Assembly: GCA_965202585.1 (NCBI GenBank)
Contig: OZ241828.1
Span: 61,628,001-61,692,000, forward strand
Direction of reading: 5' to 3'
Origin: Thalia democratica
Taxonomy: Eukaryota
DNA: 64,000 nucleotides
Part shown: piece by piece, positions 51,501-64,000 of the stretch
Layout of the letters: each line of letters opens with the position of its first letter
Position numbering within the stretch: the first letter of the stretch is position 1
Made by a program: the position numbers and the translations under genes
The notes under the pieces: generated by a model
The model's input: the letters and a program-made list of their open reading frames with translations, nothing else
What the model was told of the DNA's origin: nothing
The model's database searches: none

Positions 51501-54500
51501 GAATTTATAGTTTGCGAAAAATATTTAGACTATTTCTTATGCTGTCAAGGAAAAAGTACTGTTTAAAAAGTTTTGTTTTTTAAAAAGTTCACACAGTGTT
51601 TAAAAACATTCGAAAAGCCTGCAAAAGTTTTCAAAATAAATAAACTTAATTTTTTTTTCTTTAAATATTAAATATAAGTATGAATATTGAAAGACCTTTA
51701 AATTTTTTTCTATGTGATTTTTGGCTATTTTAAGATCTAAAAGATAAATTAATCTTATAATTTTCAAAACTTTTGTGTTTTGTATCATAAGTTATTATAG
51801 CAGCAGTTTTTATTTACAACGTTTTTGTTTGTCACAACTTTTTGCTAATACAGCAGCTGCTTATTGAAACATGAAAGATAATTTTGACATACTTAAAATA
51901 GTTTCTTAGAGTTATAATGGCTTATTTTAAATCAAAAAACAGAATGTATTTTAGTGTTTGCCAATATTCTATTATAGTAATAGCATATTTTTTGACCAAA
52001 ATAATTAGAATATTATTATCAATTTATTGTTATTTAATTAAAAAAGATTGTTTAAAAAAAATTCGAATTCTGGAACACAATACAAAATTACTTTCAATGA
52101 AAATCGATTAGAAATAAAAAGCTAATAACTTTAGAAATAATATTTAAAAAACCATGTATTTTATTATACTAAAAATCTTTTTCAAACAATTTTCTAAAAA
52201 CTACTTAGCCTTGCATTATACCTAATTTGTTTTTCGTAACTAATTTAATACTTTACATTAGATAGAAAAGGTGTAAATAAAAAGTTATAAAATATATAAA
52301 AAGCTGTTATACATCGTTAACTTATAAAATGACGAAAGTCAGTTCGTTCAGATTTGCTGTAGAAAACTATATCGAATATCTAAAAATTTTTAAGCAAACT
52401 GTTTGGCTGAAAGAGCTATATAATACGCTTGAATAAAATTAAATAACAAAACTTATCAAAGTTACAGCGTATGTTAACAAAAAGCAAATTTAAAAAAATG
52501 TTTAGAAGTTAAGAAAATATTTTGAAAATAATGACATTATAAGTTATTTTTCACCTATCAATTTGAATACAACGAACAGAGTGTCTTAATGTAAAACAAT
52601 AAGCAAATATTTTGAAACATAAAAAACTTAAGTAAGAAGCAATGTTTTTTAACCAGTTTCTTTATTGATATAGTTTAATTAAAACTAAAAAAAAATCACC
52701 AAAGCAAAAAACCGACTAGGTAAACTTCTAATATGCTTTATAATACGTCATATATATTGATTTTATTCTGTTTTAAACTTAGATTAATGTTCCATTGCAT
52801 TCAGCACATGTAAAAAATATTTTGTTCTATAGTCTTTAAAAAAAAGTAATCTATAAAAGTTATTTAAGTTAAATACTTAGGCTTAAACTAAACTCGACTT
52901 ATTTATCCGCAAATGATACTGAATTTAAATTAATAACCTTTATTTTTTATACATTTTAATTTCCAAAGTTAGTACTAACGTCATTAAGTATTAACAAAAA
53001 TTTTACAAAAAAAAAAAAAAAACAGTTAAATAATGATGTAAATAAAATATTAGTTTTGGAAAATTTAACCTTTGAATTACGTATGTTTAAATTGAAGTTG
53101 CGTAGTTTTTAATTGAAATGAATTGTTTTAGATGTTTAATTTAAACAGTATGGTCTGCGTCTTAGATTAAAGAATATATAACAAAAAAATAAAAAAAATA
53201 AAAATCGACTTTAGAGTTGAAATTAAAGCTAAATTCAATAATAAGTTGCGTGCAGTGAGAAATGAGTAATAGAAAAAGTTAATTCTCGTTACTTGTAATT
53301 AAAAAGTATAAATTTTTCCTACCAGCATGGTTAACGTCTCATAGTGCTTTAAACTAATTAGTTCATTACCTAACAGTTATTATCCGGTTCAATCAGGTTT
53401 ATATCCTAAAACGTAAATCATTTAGCTTTTTCTTAATAAACATGCAATAATGTAATTTATTAGTTTACACTAACTTTTTTGATGTAGCGCAAAACTAATT
53501 AAACAAAACATGCTGTTGTAATTTTTAATGTAGCTAATGTCTTCCTTTACCTTTCTTGGAAAAATAGGTAAAAAATTTTTATCAAAGTTTCTATACATAA
53601 TACTTTCAAAGTATACATAGCACTAATAATAACAAATATTCAAAAATTAAAACACCAGTTAATATATTTAAAAAAAATAAGCAACAGCTCATAAAGATAC
53701 CGCCAAACATGAAAACAAAAAAAAAAAATGTCATGGTGACAAAACTACCCAGTATAGATCAAAATAAAATGTTCAAGATAATGAACTAGTTTTTGTTATA
53801 GTTACAAAATAATATTTCAATTTCATAACTGTCTAACTAAACTATTTCTGCAAAAGAACATATTTTCTCAGGTGTGTACAAAAATTAAGCGGGTAATGAC
53901 TAGTTAGAAAAACAAAACAAAGTTTGTCGTACGTTTAATTTAATAGTTGTGTATTATTCACAAGTTTTAGACGTTTTCTAATAACAAAGAAATTTGAATC
54001 ATTCCAAGCTTTTTATAGGATTTTTTCCTACATTATATTACTCTATTATTATTACATTATTGCTTAAACGTTTTTGATATTTTAACAACTACTTAAGTTA
54101 CATACTTCAAATATATGCATACAAACAGCACCATTTAAAAACAAACAAACTTGTGAAATCACCAAGTTGATTATGACAAAAACAAATTAAAGTTTGATTA
54201 GTAAACATACCTGTATGATTATGTTTATTTTATCTATCTAATATATTTTTTAGTGGTTTTTGTATTTAATAACATTCTAAATGCCATCGTTTATCTTCTG
54301 TTTTTTGTAATTATTTTTTTTGTTATGCAAAAAATTAACATGCATGCATATTTATATTTGTGCAAAAGTTAAGTATAGTTCGGCATTTTACATACCCGTT
54401 ATTGGGCATATAAATTTTTTTAGATAATAAAACTGTGTTTTGATAAGTTAATGTTACGTAATAAACATTAAATAAGTTTTAGAAACCCGTTTGATTGACC

Positions 54501-55958
54501 ACAGCAAAAAAAACATTTGGCTTTTTTTTTCAAACATATTTCCATTTACAACCTGATTAAAATTTTCAAATCATCTTTCGAAGAAAATTGATAAAGTTAT
54601 TTTTCAAGATAAAAGATTTTTCGGAAAAAGTAAAGTTTTAAGCTTTTCTAACAAGTGATAAAACTTTTAACTCCTGTAAAATCTTTCAACAACTTTTATT
54701 TTGATAACAGTTCCCATAAAAATTTTGAAGGACATCACAAAGGTCTTACTTTTATCTTTTAAATTAAAATATATCTAAAAATACTTCAAAATCTCTCATA
54801 TGTTGTTTTTTTTAATGTTTTTATTTGTTATACTGCTTACATTTAATTTTAATATATGGTGCACTTTGTACTTAGCAAAACAAAAATAGTTTCAAAGATT
54901 ACACAACAAACCTTATATTCAAATGTTACTAGTAAAGTTTTATAATGTTTAAGTTATTCAAACTATTGAGTATCTTTTTTTATACTTTTTTATTTAAGTT
55001 TAGATTCTTAATGAATAAACTATAAGGCATATAATAAATATTCATAAACGAAATTTCCTTTAAAATATGATAACTTATAATATTTCTTCTTAATATTTTA
55101 CAACTGTTTTACAATTATTTTACAATACTTATAACTGTACTTACCTAGTTAAAAATTAAAGATCGGTAAAGTTTGATGAAGGTTTTCATACTAAAAGTTA
55201 ATTAGTTATCGCTAACTTTGATCAATTTTTTCGCTTAGCAGTTATTTAAACTTATTTTTTCCTTAACAGCTATGTTTTGTTAGGCTGTCGAATTGAAACA
55301 CCTACTACCTGGTCTAATAAGTTCAAAAGCACTAACCTGATTTCTATAAGAAAATAAAAGTAGTTTTTTAACAACTACATAGATAAAGCATTTTAAAAAC
55401 TAAACTCAGCTTCACGCTATTTTAATAGAAAAAAATATTAAATGATATCTGGTTTTCACATCTACTTTAAATTTTTTAAACTTTTTGTCTTCATCTTGAT
55501 TTCTATAAGAATTATCATAAGTTTGCACCAAAAATTTTATGAAATGTTTTATTATCAACTTGTATTTTGTTTTTTTGTCATTTAATTAGTTAAAGTAAAC
55601 CAACTTTACAAGTAAAACTAAGTTTTAAAATTTGCTCTACTTAATTATCTAATAGATTGATTAAAAAATTAATATAAAACATTCAGTCAAATTTGAAAAC
55701 TGTTTAGTTTTAAAATGTCTTGAGCTTTTTTATGGGCTTATATTAACTATAAACTTATAAATGCTGCTTGTTCAATTTGATAGTTAATTTATAGCGAATA
55801 AAATAATTTTTTTTTGATGTTTATGATTATAATAAAGTGTCTTTGTTTTGTATACATACTTTTATATGTTATAATTATTCATATGTAATTATGCTCTTAA
55901 TTTTAGTTAAGAGATATTTACACGAAACAAGTTTGTTGGCATATGACAGATTGTTTAG

Positions 55959-56935
55959 CAGCCTTTTATAAGTCGCAGGTCAAGTTTATTTGTAAAAGTT
56001 GGTCGCGGGCCGCATTTAATTAAAAATTATTGTAGTTATTAGCAAAAAAAAACAGTTTTGAGCCAAAAATATAACAAAATAAGCAATGTAAAACATTAGT
56101 ATTTGATGCTTTTCGGTCAATTTTAAATTTTTTTTTTGAAAAAGTATGCATTAAGCTATAAATAAATTGATGAACCGTAATCTGCCGACATTTTAAATTT
56201 AAGAAAAAAGATTTGCAAAGTACTTAATTTGTTAAAAACTAACGTCGTTTCTTTATATTGAACTAATAACACCGTTCTACAGAGTTTTGAAGAAAGTATA
56301 AGAACTTTTTTGAAACAGAGTATAAGGAGTATAAGATTTATGCTTAGTATTCTAAAAATACAAACATATACAAACTATTAGTATGAGTAAACATATTAAT
56401 AGCTAGTGTCAATTAATCATTTACAGTTTTAATTTACAAACGTTCAATAAATTACTACTTTAGTAATATATTCATTACTGAAACATATGTATAGTGAAAA
56501 TTAAAATAAGTAGTCAAAATATTAAAAGTTAATAAAACGAAGAAGAGACTCAAGTAGTCAAAAACCAGTCAACAAAAAAACCAACAAACTTCAAAACGCA
56601 GATCCAGAACTAACTTATATTGTGCTAACATGTTAGTGATTTTTAAACTAATAATTGTACATTGATGTTATACTGTTAAAAAATTTGCTTAGATTTAAAA
56701 ACAATCTCACAGTTATATTTGTAAGCCCTTCTTAAAATGTTTCAATTACATAATACTTTATAGTTACAAAACTAATAAACATCTAAATAACTAACAAAGA
56801 ATATGTAAAAGGCACGGCTTTATTAAAACTCTAAGATAAACTCTAAGTTGAACTTAAATGTATTAGATCAGAGATCGACAGCGTTTTATAAGTCGAGGGC
56901 TAATTTTTATGGAAAAAGTTGCTTGCGGGCTGCAC
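55959..56935. repeat. Two related ~60-bp fragments (55959-56017 and 56879-56935), possibly hAT/MITE-derived
   Basis: CAGC(C/G)TTTTATAAGTCG...AAAAGTTG...GCGGGC(C/T)GCA is shared. The GCGGGCCGCA core resembles subterminal motifs of hAT-type MITEs (from memory, unverified). Confidence 0.4.
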
Positions 56936-59900
56936 ATTGCAAAAAGAAATTAAAATAAAAATACATTAAAACAGATAGTAAAACAAAAAAAACTTCTACA
57001 AGCAGTAAATAAGACACAAACAGTTCTAGTAACTAAACGTTTCTAGATCAGTGTTGCTTTAATTGTGTTCGTGTGCATAGAAAATTTTGATCACTAAAGA
57101 AAGTATTTTAAAATCAAGCATATGTCTTACTGTAATTGACATTTGAAGTTCTCTTTTGAAAGTTGAAAAATATAATTTATAACATATGTGCGAATAACGA
57201 AAATTAACCATATAAGACTATTATTTAGTGTGCACACATACTTTTTATAACAAGCTTTAAGCAATTTTAAAACCAGTATAACGTTTTTTAAATTATTTTC
57301 CTTTAGAGGATGCTAGCGAGCACACTAAAACGTTTTACCTGTCGTTTAAAAAAATTAGCTTCTGTTTGAATTCCTTGTCGTACAAAAATTTTGCTTCTGT
57401 TTTTCGCTTAACTAGGTAACGTGTTTTCTTAAGCTAATATTTGTATAGCAAAAGAACAAACATCATTTATCAGCAACAAAAAAAAGTCTGTCTAAGAATG
57501 TTAAGTACTGTTTACCAAATACTTTAATAGTTTTAAACTATAGTGCCTACTTACATATAATGTTTAGTAGAAGTTTTAGCTATAACAATAGTTAAATATA
57601 TAAATATCTATAAATATACTTTTAAACGTTTATTAACTGTATGTTTGAGTTGTATAACAAAAAAAAAAACCCATAAAACGTATGAAAGCAAATACTATTT
57701 GTATCTTTTTAAATTGAAAAATAACAAAAGCCAAACTTTAAAAACAAAATGTTAAAAAAATATTATTATACTTTTTTTTAAATAAAAAAATTCGACGATT
57801 TTCAGAAAGGGAGAAGTAATTCAGTCTTTAGTTTTAAGTGTTTTTATTTAATTTTTATTACTTTAGTTGAAGGTAGGTAAAGTTTAATATATCGTTACTA
57901 TCAAACCTTGTTTATTTTTACACTTAACTTTTTAAGTTTATTAATTTACTTTCAAAATGAACTTTGTAGATTTGTAATAAAATTTATGAAACTGAATTTC
58001 GAAAAGCATAATTCAATGCTGTTTAACAAATATTTGCATCTGAAGGGTTAGGTGACGTAACAATGCTAATAGTGAGGTTTTTGTTTGAATTTTAGTATTT
58101 AGGTACCAAAGTTACAAAAATACATTGCTTGGTTACCTTGATACAATTAACACAATACTGCTGCGACTTTCTTGGGTCTTAGAAGACCTTTCTTTAATTT
58201 TATTGTTAATTACTATGTTCTTAAAAAATAAACAATATATTTAAAATGTATCATATCATAATAATGTACTGTCAGATAGTTTGTTTTGTTTATAAAAAGT
58301 AATTGTTTAATATAAATTCTTAAATAAAATACACGATAGGTCTACAAATTATTTTAAGTTTGAACGATAATGTGACGTAATAATGCTAATTACGGGGCTT
58401 TTTGTAATATTTATAATGTTAAAGATTTTTATGATTTTCAACTAATTCTACTACCATTGTTTCAGTTGTGTTTCGTTTACAGTATCAAATTGAAAAACCT
58501 TCGTTAGATTATAAAATATTTGTGGTTTACTGCTTTTAAAGTTTTGCGACGGATATTTTAAATAAATTTCGAGTAAAGATGCTTTTTAACAACTTATTTT
58601 CTTCTTTCGTTGAAAACTATTCATGTTGTTCAATTTAATGTATTTTTAAAGTTTATTTAATTTTGTTCTTAATTTTCATAACATTTATTATCCTAATAAT
58701 ACGAAAATGTTTTTGATTAAAAATCAAAATATATATAAGTAAGCTTTAATAAACATAACATGTTATATTTTATTAGTGTTCCATAGTTTTAATGGACATA
58801 AGAAGAACTTTCAAGAATGTGTTGATACTACGAATTCGTTAAGGCAATCATTAAGTCTAATTATGTTAAATAAAAGATTAAATATAGAGTATAAATATCA
58901 AAAGTTTGTATGTAAAAAATAATATATAAAAACACACAAACTACTTTATAAAGTGAATAGTTCAGGGCTAATGTATTAGAACGTAATAAACTAAACATAT
59001 TTTAATTGATATAACTTAAACTTGTTTTCATTTAAAAAAAATACTAATTATATTGCATGCGAAATAATTTTCTGTCATATCTTTTTTAAAAACATATCTA
59101 TACTTTTCATATCGTTTTATATATTTATTGTTAAAACGACGTTATAATACTGTAAAGTTTCAACTAGTAGCTGTATTATGATAATTAAAAAAAAAAGCTT
59201 TAGTTAAGGTTAATTACCTTTTTGTGACTAATAGTCATCTTTGTATTTTGATAGATTTTTTTACTTAAAGTTCTAAAGCTTTTGAAATAAATTTAAGTAG
59301 CTGATCCATATTTTGTTAACTTAAGAATTATGTTTATGCTTTAAACTGTACAATACACACTTAGTTGACTTGATAATAATATTTTTAAATAATGTTGTAA
59401 AAAAGTAGATCAGTGCATTAAAAATGCAAAACAAAAGTAAAGTTTTGAGAACTTTTTGTTTTATTATTCATCATTTATTTAATTTTATAACATATATAGT
59501 TTTTAAATGATTGACTGATGTAAATAAAATAAATAAATTATAATGGAGGACAAATTAGCTTTACATTGAATTTGATAGGTCTAGTAATATGTAAATTCAA
59601 GCAATATATAATCACCTTGAATTCTCAATTAGGTTATAACATAAAAAAAAATACATTTTATTTATTCCAAAGTTTTTTAAGCTTGAAAAAGGCTGCTAAA
59701 AAATGACGGAGTGTTCAAACGAAATAAAGGTAGTTAAAAACCTTTTAACCTTAAATAACAAGTAAAAAGTTTAATTAAGTATATTGATTTTACAAGTATT
59801 ATTGAAATAAATTTTACAATAAATATAATAATGATCAAAAGTTAAATATTGTAACCATGTAGAAACAAAATATTTGTTAATTTTTTTTATATTAAAAAGT

Positions 59901-61419
59901 TATTTTGTCAACTTTAGATTTATTTATAATTTTGTATAATACGTAATAATATGTCTTATGTAATAAAATCATGTAATTTAGATAGAATGCATTTTAATTT
60001 TTATAGTTTAAACTATTATGAAATAAAAAAACCTCAAATAAAAAAAAAAAAATTTATTACCTTCTTTTTTATTATTTTTAATTTAAATACAGTATTTATA
60101 AAATAATCTAAGATTAAAAAATCAATCAAACTATTAGAATATGCTTATTATTACATAAAAGGTTCATTTGATTTTTAAAACCTACTCATTGAATACTTTT
60201 ATGTTTAAATAATTTAAATACATTTCAATACTTTATATAGTGAATGGCTTTGTGTTGGTGACAAATAAAGTTTGTTAGGAAATTAATTTTTGTGTAATAC
60301 AAAATTGTTTTCATCTTAATTTTCTTATATCGTAAGCTTCAGTTGATTACATATTTTTGAAATTCAGGAGAGATCTAAAGTATTTTAATTGTATACCCTT
60401 AAACTAACGTTATAAAAGAAAACTATAAAATATAGAAAAATAGACAAAAAAGCAAAATATTTGGTCCTAGGACCTAATGCACCAAAAAGCCTTTCGGTTA
60501 TCGAGTCGCACACCACGGATACCTTTTAACATCTTGTGCAGGACACATTTAGACAGTTTTATAAACGTTTTTGTTATAAAAAATTTTTACAGTTATATAA
60601 CGTTATTTATAACTGAAACAAAAAAACCTAAAATTTTTAAATTAAACTGCAGATTTTTGAAACTTTGTATTTCAGTTTTTATAATATCTTTTATTAAAGT
60701 TTACTTAGACAACAAAATCTATAACTTAGTGATAAAAAACTAAAAATATTTATTCCACTTGTAGTTTGTCATTGCTTAATAACTTTTGTTTAAAAATGTA
60801 AGATAATACTTAAAAAATTGTAATAATGGTTAAACATCTCGCAAAAAGACATTAGTCTGGTATTAGTTTCGTCATTAATAGCTACTTTTACAATTAATTA
60901 GTTTTGCTTTTTAGTGGTATGCAAACTGAACAATTTAGTAAATTGTATTTAATATTAATTTAAAATGGTATGTACTAACCTAAAAATTTCGTTGTAAAAC
61001 ATGGTATTATTATTTATAACCACAAAAACCTTGATAGTAAAAGTACCTTATTTAACCAAGAGAGCTAAAAATGCTTTTTGTATGTTTATTTTAAACTTTT
61101 CATATACATTTAAAAATCTAAGAGTGTAACAAACGTTGAATTCGAATTAGTAAATTGAAGCTTGTTTAAACCTGTTTGTGGCTTGCAAAACATTTAGCTA
61201 AATATTTTTATACTTATAAGTTGAATGAAAAAACAACTTAAACACTTGGATATACTAAGATTGTGTATAAAATAAACTTTTATTTACAGTAAAGTCTAAA
61301 TTTTACTCAAAATGTAATATTTTAAACAAAACTTTTAATAGTTTGATACTTTCAAACTTAAAAATCCACGTATGCGCATTCTATATTAACATATATTATT
61401 CTATAATAACAAATATATT

Positions 61420-61855
61420 TTAAGTTTAAAATTTATTCGCATGACAACGTTTTGACTATCCATTAGTCATTATCAACAAAATACTTTGCAAAAATAACTG
61501 AATTTAGTGATGAACAACTAAGTATACAAAAATTTTTTAAAGTGATACATTATATGAAAATTTATAAATTAAGATTATAAACTATAATAAAATAATATTT
61601 TACATGAATACTAACAAATTGTTAAACTATTATATATATATATATATAAATTAACAATTTGTTAGTATTCATGTAAAGTATTATTTTATTATAGTTTATA
61701 ATCTTAATTTATAAATTTTTATATAATGTATCACTTAAAAATATTTTTGTATACTTAGTTGTTTATCACTAGTTTTAGTTATTTTTGCACAGTATTTTGT
61801 TGATAATAACTAATGGATAGTCGAAACGTCGTCATGCGAATAAATTTTAAACTTA
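61420..61855. mobile_element. Long palindrome / foldback (MITE-like) element with a central (TA)n
   Basis: Arms of ~205 bp are near-perfect reverse complements (TAAGTTTAAAATTTATTCGCATGAC... / ...GTCATGCGAATAAATTTTAAACTTA), separated by a TA run at ~61630-61647. Confidence 0.7.
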
Positions 61856-64000
61856 GAAAAAAAAATTATTTTAACATACATTTAACGAAAATATTTTATT
61901 GTTTCAAACTTAAATTTGTTAATCTCAGTTCCAAATTTATTTCAATTTGTTTAAAATTAATAATAGAACAACAAGAATGATATTTTTTTAAGACTTAGTG
62001 TTATTATAATGTGAACATTTTATAATTGCAGGCACTACCTTCAATCAAAAGTTTATCAAAGTGTAAACATACATAAACTTTAAATATTTTGTTTTAAAAT
62101 CTGTTTCACAGTTTAGGTTAATCAGTATTTTTAGGTAATTTAAAGTAACTTTTTATTACGATCGTTAAATTATTAAACTCAATTTATTTTAGTAGTAGGA
62201 AAAATCTTAAAACATAGTCAAATAAAAAACATGACTTATTACACTAAATAGAAATAAAATAAAAAAAACTAAAGTAGTTTGTCAATAACTCATTTATTTA
62301 ATTTGTTTAAATGACATATTTTTTTGATTCTGGAAAAACATCTTAAAACTTATGTTTAGTAGAAATAAGTGGAAGAATTGTCAGAATGTTTGCTTTGAAA
62401 TATTTTTGTGACGTAAGAATATCAATAGTGCGGTATTTGTTTAATTTCTAACGAATTAGCTCTGCAGAATTGTTAAACAACAAATTTGTGCGAGTGATCA
62501 TTGTTGATATCCTAGCAGTGTGTTTCAGCTTCTCTTTTGGAGGTCGAAAATGACCTCAAGTTATATTAGTTAATACACAAGTTGTTTGCTACAAAAAATA
62601 TTATAAATCAAAATACATGTACTACATATATTCGAGAGATTTTCATATAAACACTATATTTAAGTAAAGTCCTCAATGTACTTTGTTTGATATTCGATGG
62701 TTGATAAAATAAGGAAGGCATATATCTTAAAAGATAAACTTAACAGTAAGAAATAATAAAACATATTTCTACTAGTACCATATAATAAAAAAATAGTATT
62801 TTAACGGTTTATATACATAAAAATAATTAGTTAAAAAAAACATACACTTTATCAATTTATATTGTAAATGTTGAGATGATTTTTAAATAATGTACTTTAA
62901 GCTTTTTTATTATATAAAATAAAATTAACCACTTATTTAAAAATTTTATAAGTGACATAAATTACCTTATCTTTTACTACAAACTTTCATGCAGCAAAAC
63001 ACTATTGTGATGTAACAATTAACATCATTGTTTTACTCAATCTATTTTGTTTAATTGAAAGGAATTTGTAAAAAGTTTTTCAACCATGACACAACCTGAA
63101 TTCTGAAAACTCTTGTGTGATTTTTAAGGTCTTTAAAAGATCTTTATTTTTTTTTACTTTTTAAGAACAAAACATTAAAGCATAACATAGCATAATTAGT
63201 TTAATATATTACAAAGTGAAGAAAAAGTAAAAGCAAGTTTTACTACTTTTACGCAAAACATTTTTTTGTTTTTATGTTAACTGTATCGGTGTAATATAGT
63301 TCTTAAAAAACTAACTTAATGTTTTCAGAAAAATATAATTAATCAAAACTTGTTTAAAAATTACTTTAATTTTCTATTTATAAAACAGACAAAGTTGAAA
63401 AAAATAGGTAGTAAAGTTTTGTACTTCCTCTTTCGTTAAATCACTTAAACATTTATGTAAACCAAGCTTAAGTGTTTATCCGTTTGACAATTTTATTATT
63501 TCTACATATTTAAAAAAAAATGTGTTCAAAAAATTATTTCAAGTATCATAGATAAATATCATAGCATTTAATAAATGGTTTAAATAAAGCGCTATCAAAT
63601 ATAAGTAATTATCTTATATTTTTAACAGGTTGATTTGTACAAAACATTCATGCATTAGAACACTATTGCGACGTAACAAATGAGTAACGCTGCTTTACTC
63701 GCTACTATTTTGTTCAAATTATTAATTAATTCGTAGAAAATTTTGGATCAAGTCTCTGCCGTTGTTCAGGCAATATTTTTGAGATTTGCTAAATCTTAGA
63801 AAAAAATTAACTGAATATAACTTTAATTTATTTCAGTATTTTTAGGATATTAAAAAAAAAAAATATTCAAAAAAAAGTTTTTAAATATTTAAAAATTTGT
63901 AAGACATTAAAAACCATACAAAAAAATTTAAAACATTAACATCCATGTAAATAGAACTTGAAATTGTTTAAAAAATAAAGATGTTAAAAAATCATAATTA

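Noticed and set aside
3958-60743. Many 60-110 aa ORFs rich in F/I/L/K/N/Y
   Set aside because: Expected from AT-rich composition; no domain motifs, codon bias or splice support.
1-64000. CRISPR arrays, rRNA/tRNA genes, operons, intact transposase or reverse transcriptase ORFs
   Set aside because: No regularly spaced repeat-spacer arrays, RNA-gene motifs or long ORFs; the spliced gene structure shows this is eukaryotic DNA.

Overview
Very AT-rich eukaryotic (animal) genomic DNA, roughly 25% GC by eye, with short GC-rich coding exons. The left ~39.5 kb holds the 5' two-thirds of one minus-strand fibroblast growth factor receptor gene (FGFR). I rebuilt it by hand exon by exon with phase-consistent AG/GT sites: signal peptide plus a Tyr/Asp-rich N-terminus (39243-39390), IgI (36964-37275), a 21-nt linker microexon (36694-36714), IgII in two halves (36037-36215, 27885-28008), IgIII, transmembrane (8126-8272) and juxtamembrane (1890-2067). 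The juxtamembrane exon ends in ...PFDEKWEISK, the motif that precedes the FGFR kinase; the kinase exons lie left of the window. The protein style and the abundant TGACGTCA/TGACGTAA motifs suggest a tunicate, which is inference only. The main surprise is an apparently rich alternative-splicing system. IgIII is encoded by two alternative first-half exons (a1 17793-17971, a2 16318-16565) and two alternative second-half exons of exactly 142 nt each (b1 12152-12293, b2 10276-10417), a 2x2 mutually exclusive design. b1 lacks the conserved Ig disulfide Cys. The b1-b2 intron carries strand-specific UGGUG (ESRP-type) clusters and UGCAUG sites, as in the vertebrate FGFR2 IIIb/IIIc switch. There are also a candidate 24-nt IgII microexon (35687-35710) and a duplicated 25-nt juxtamembrane microexon (2215-2239). 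The introns contain several GC-richer enhancer-like islands (CRE, ETS, RFX, TCF, NF-kB motifs). The right ~24 kb is upstream or intergenic DNA with microsatellites, short dispersed repeats and a ~435-bp palindrome. No rRNA, tRNA, CRISPR or intact transposase gene was seen.
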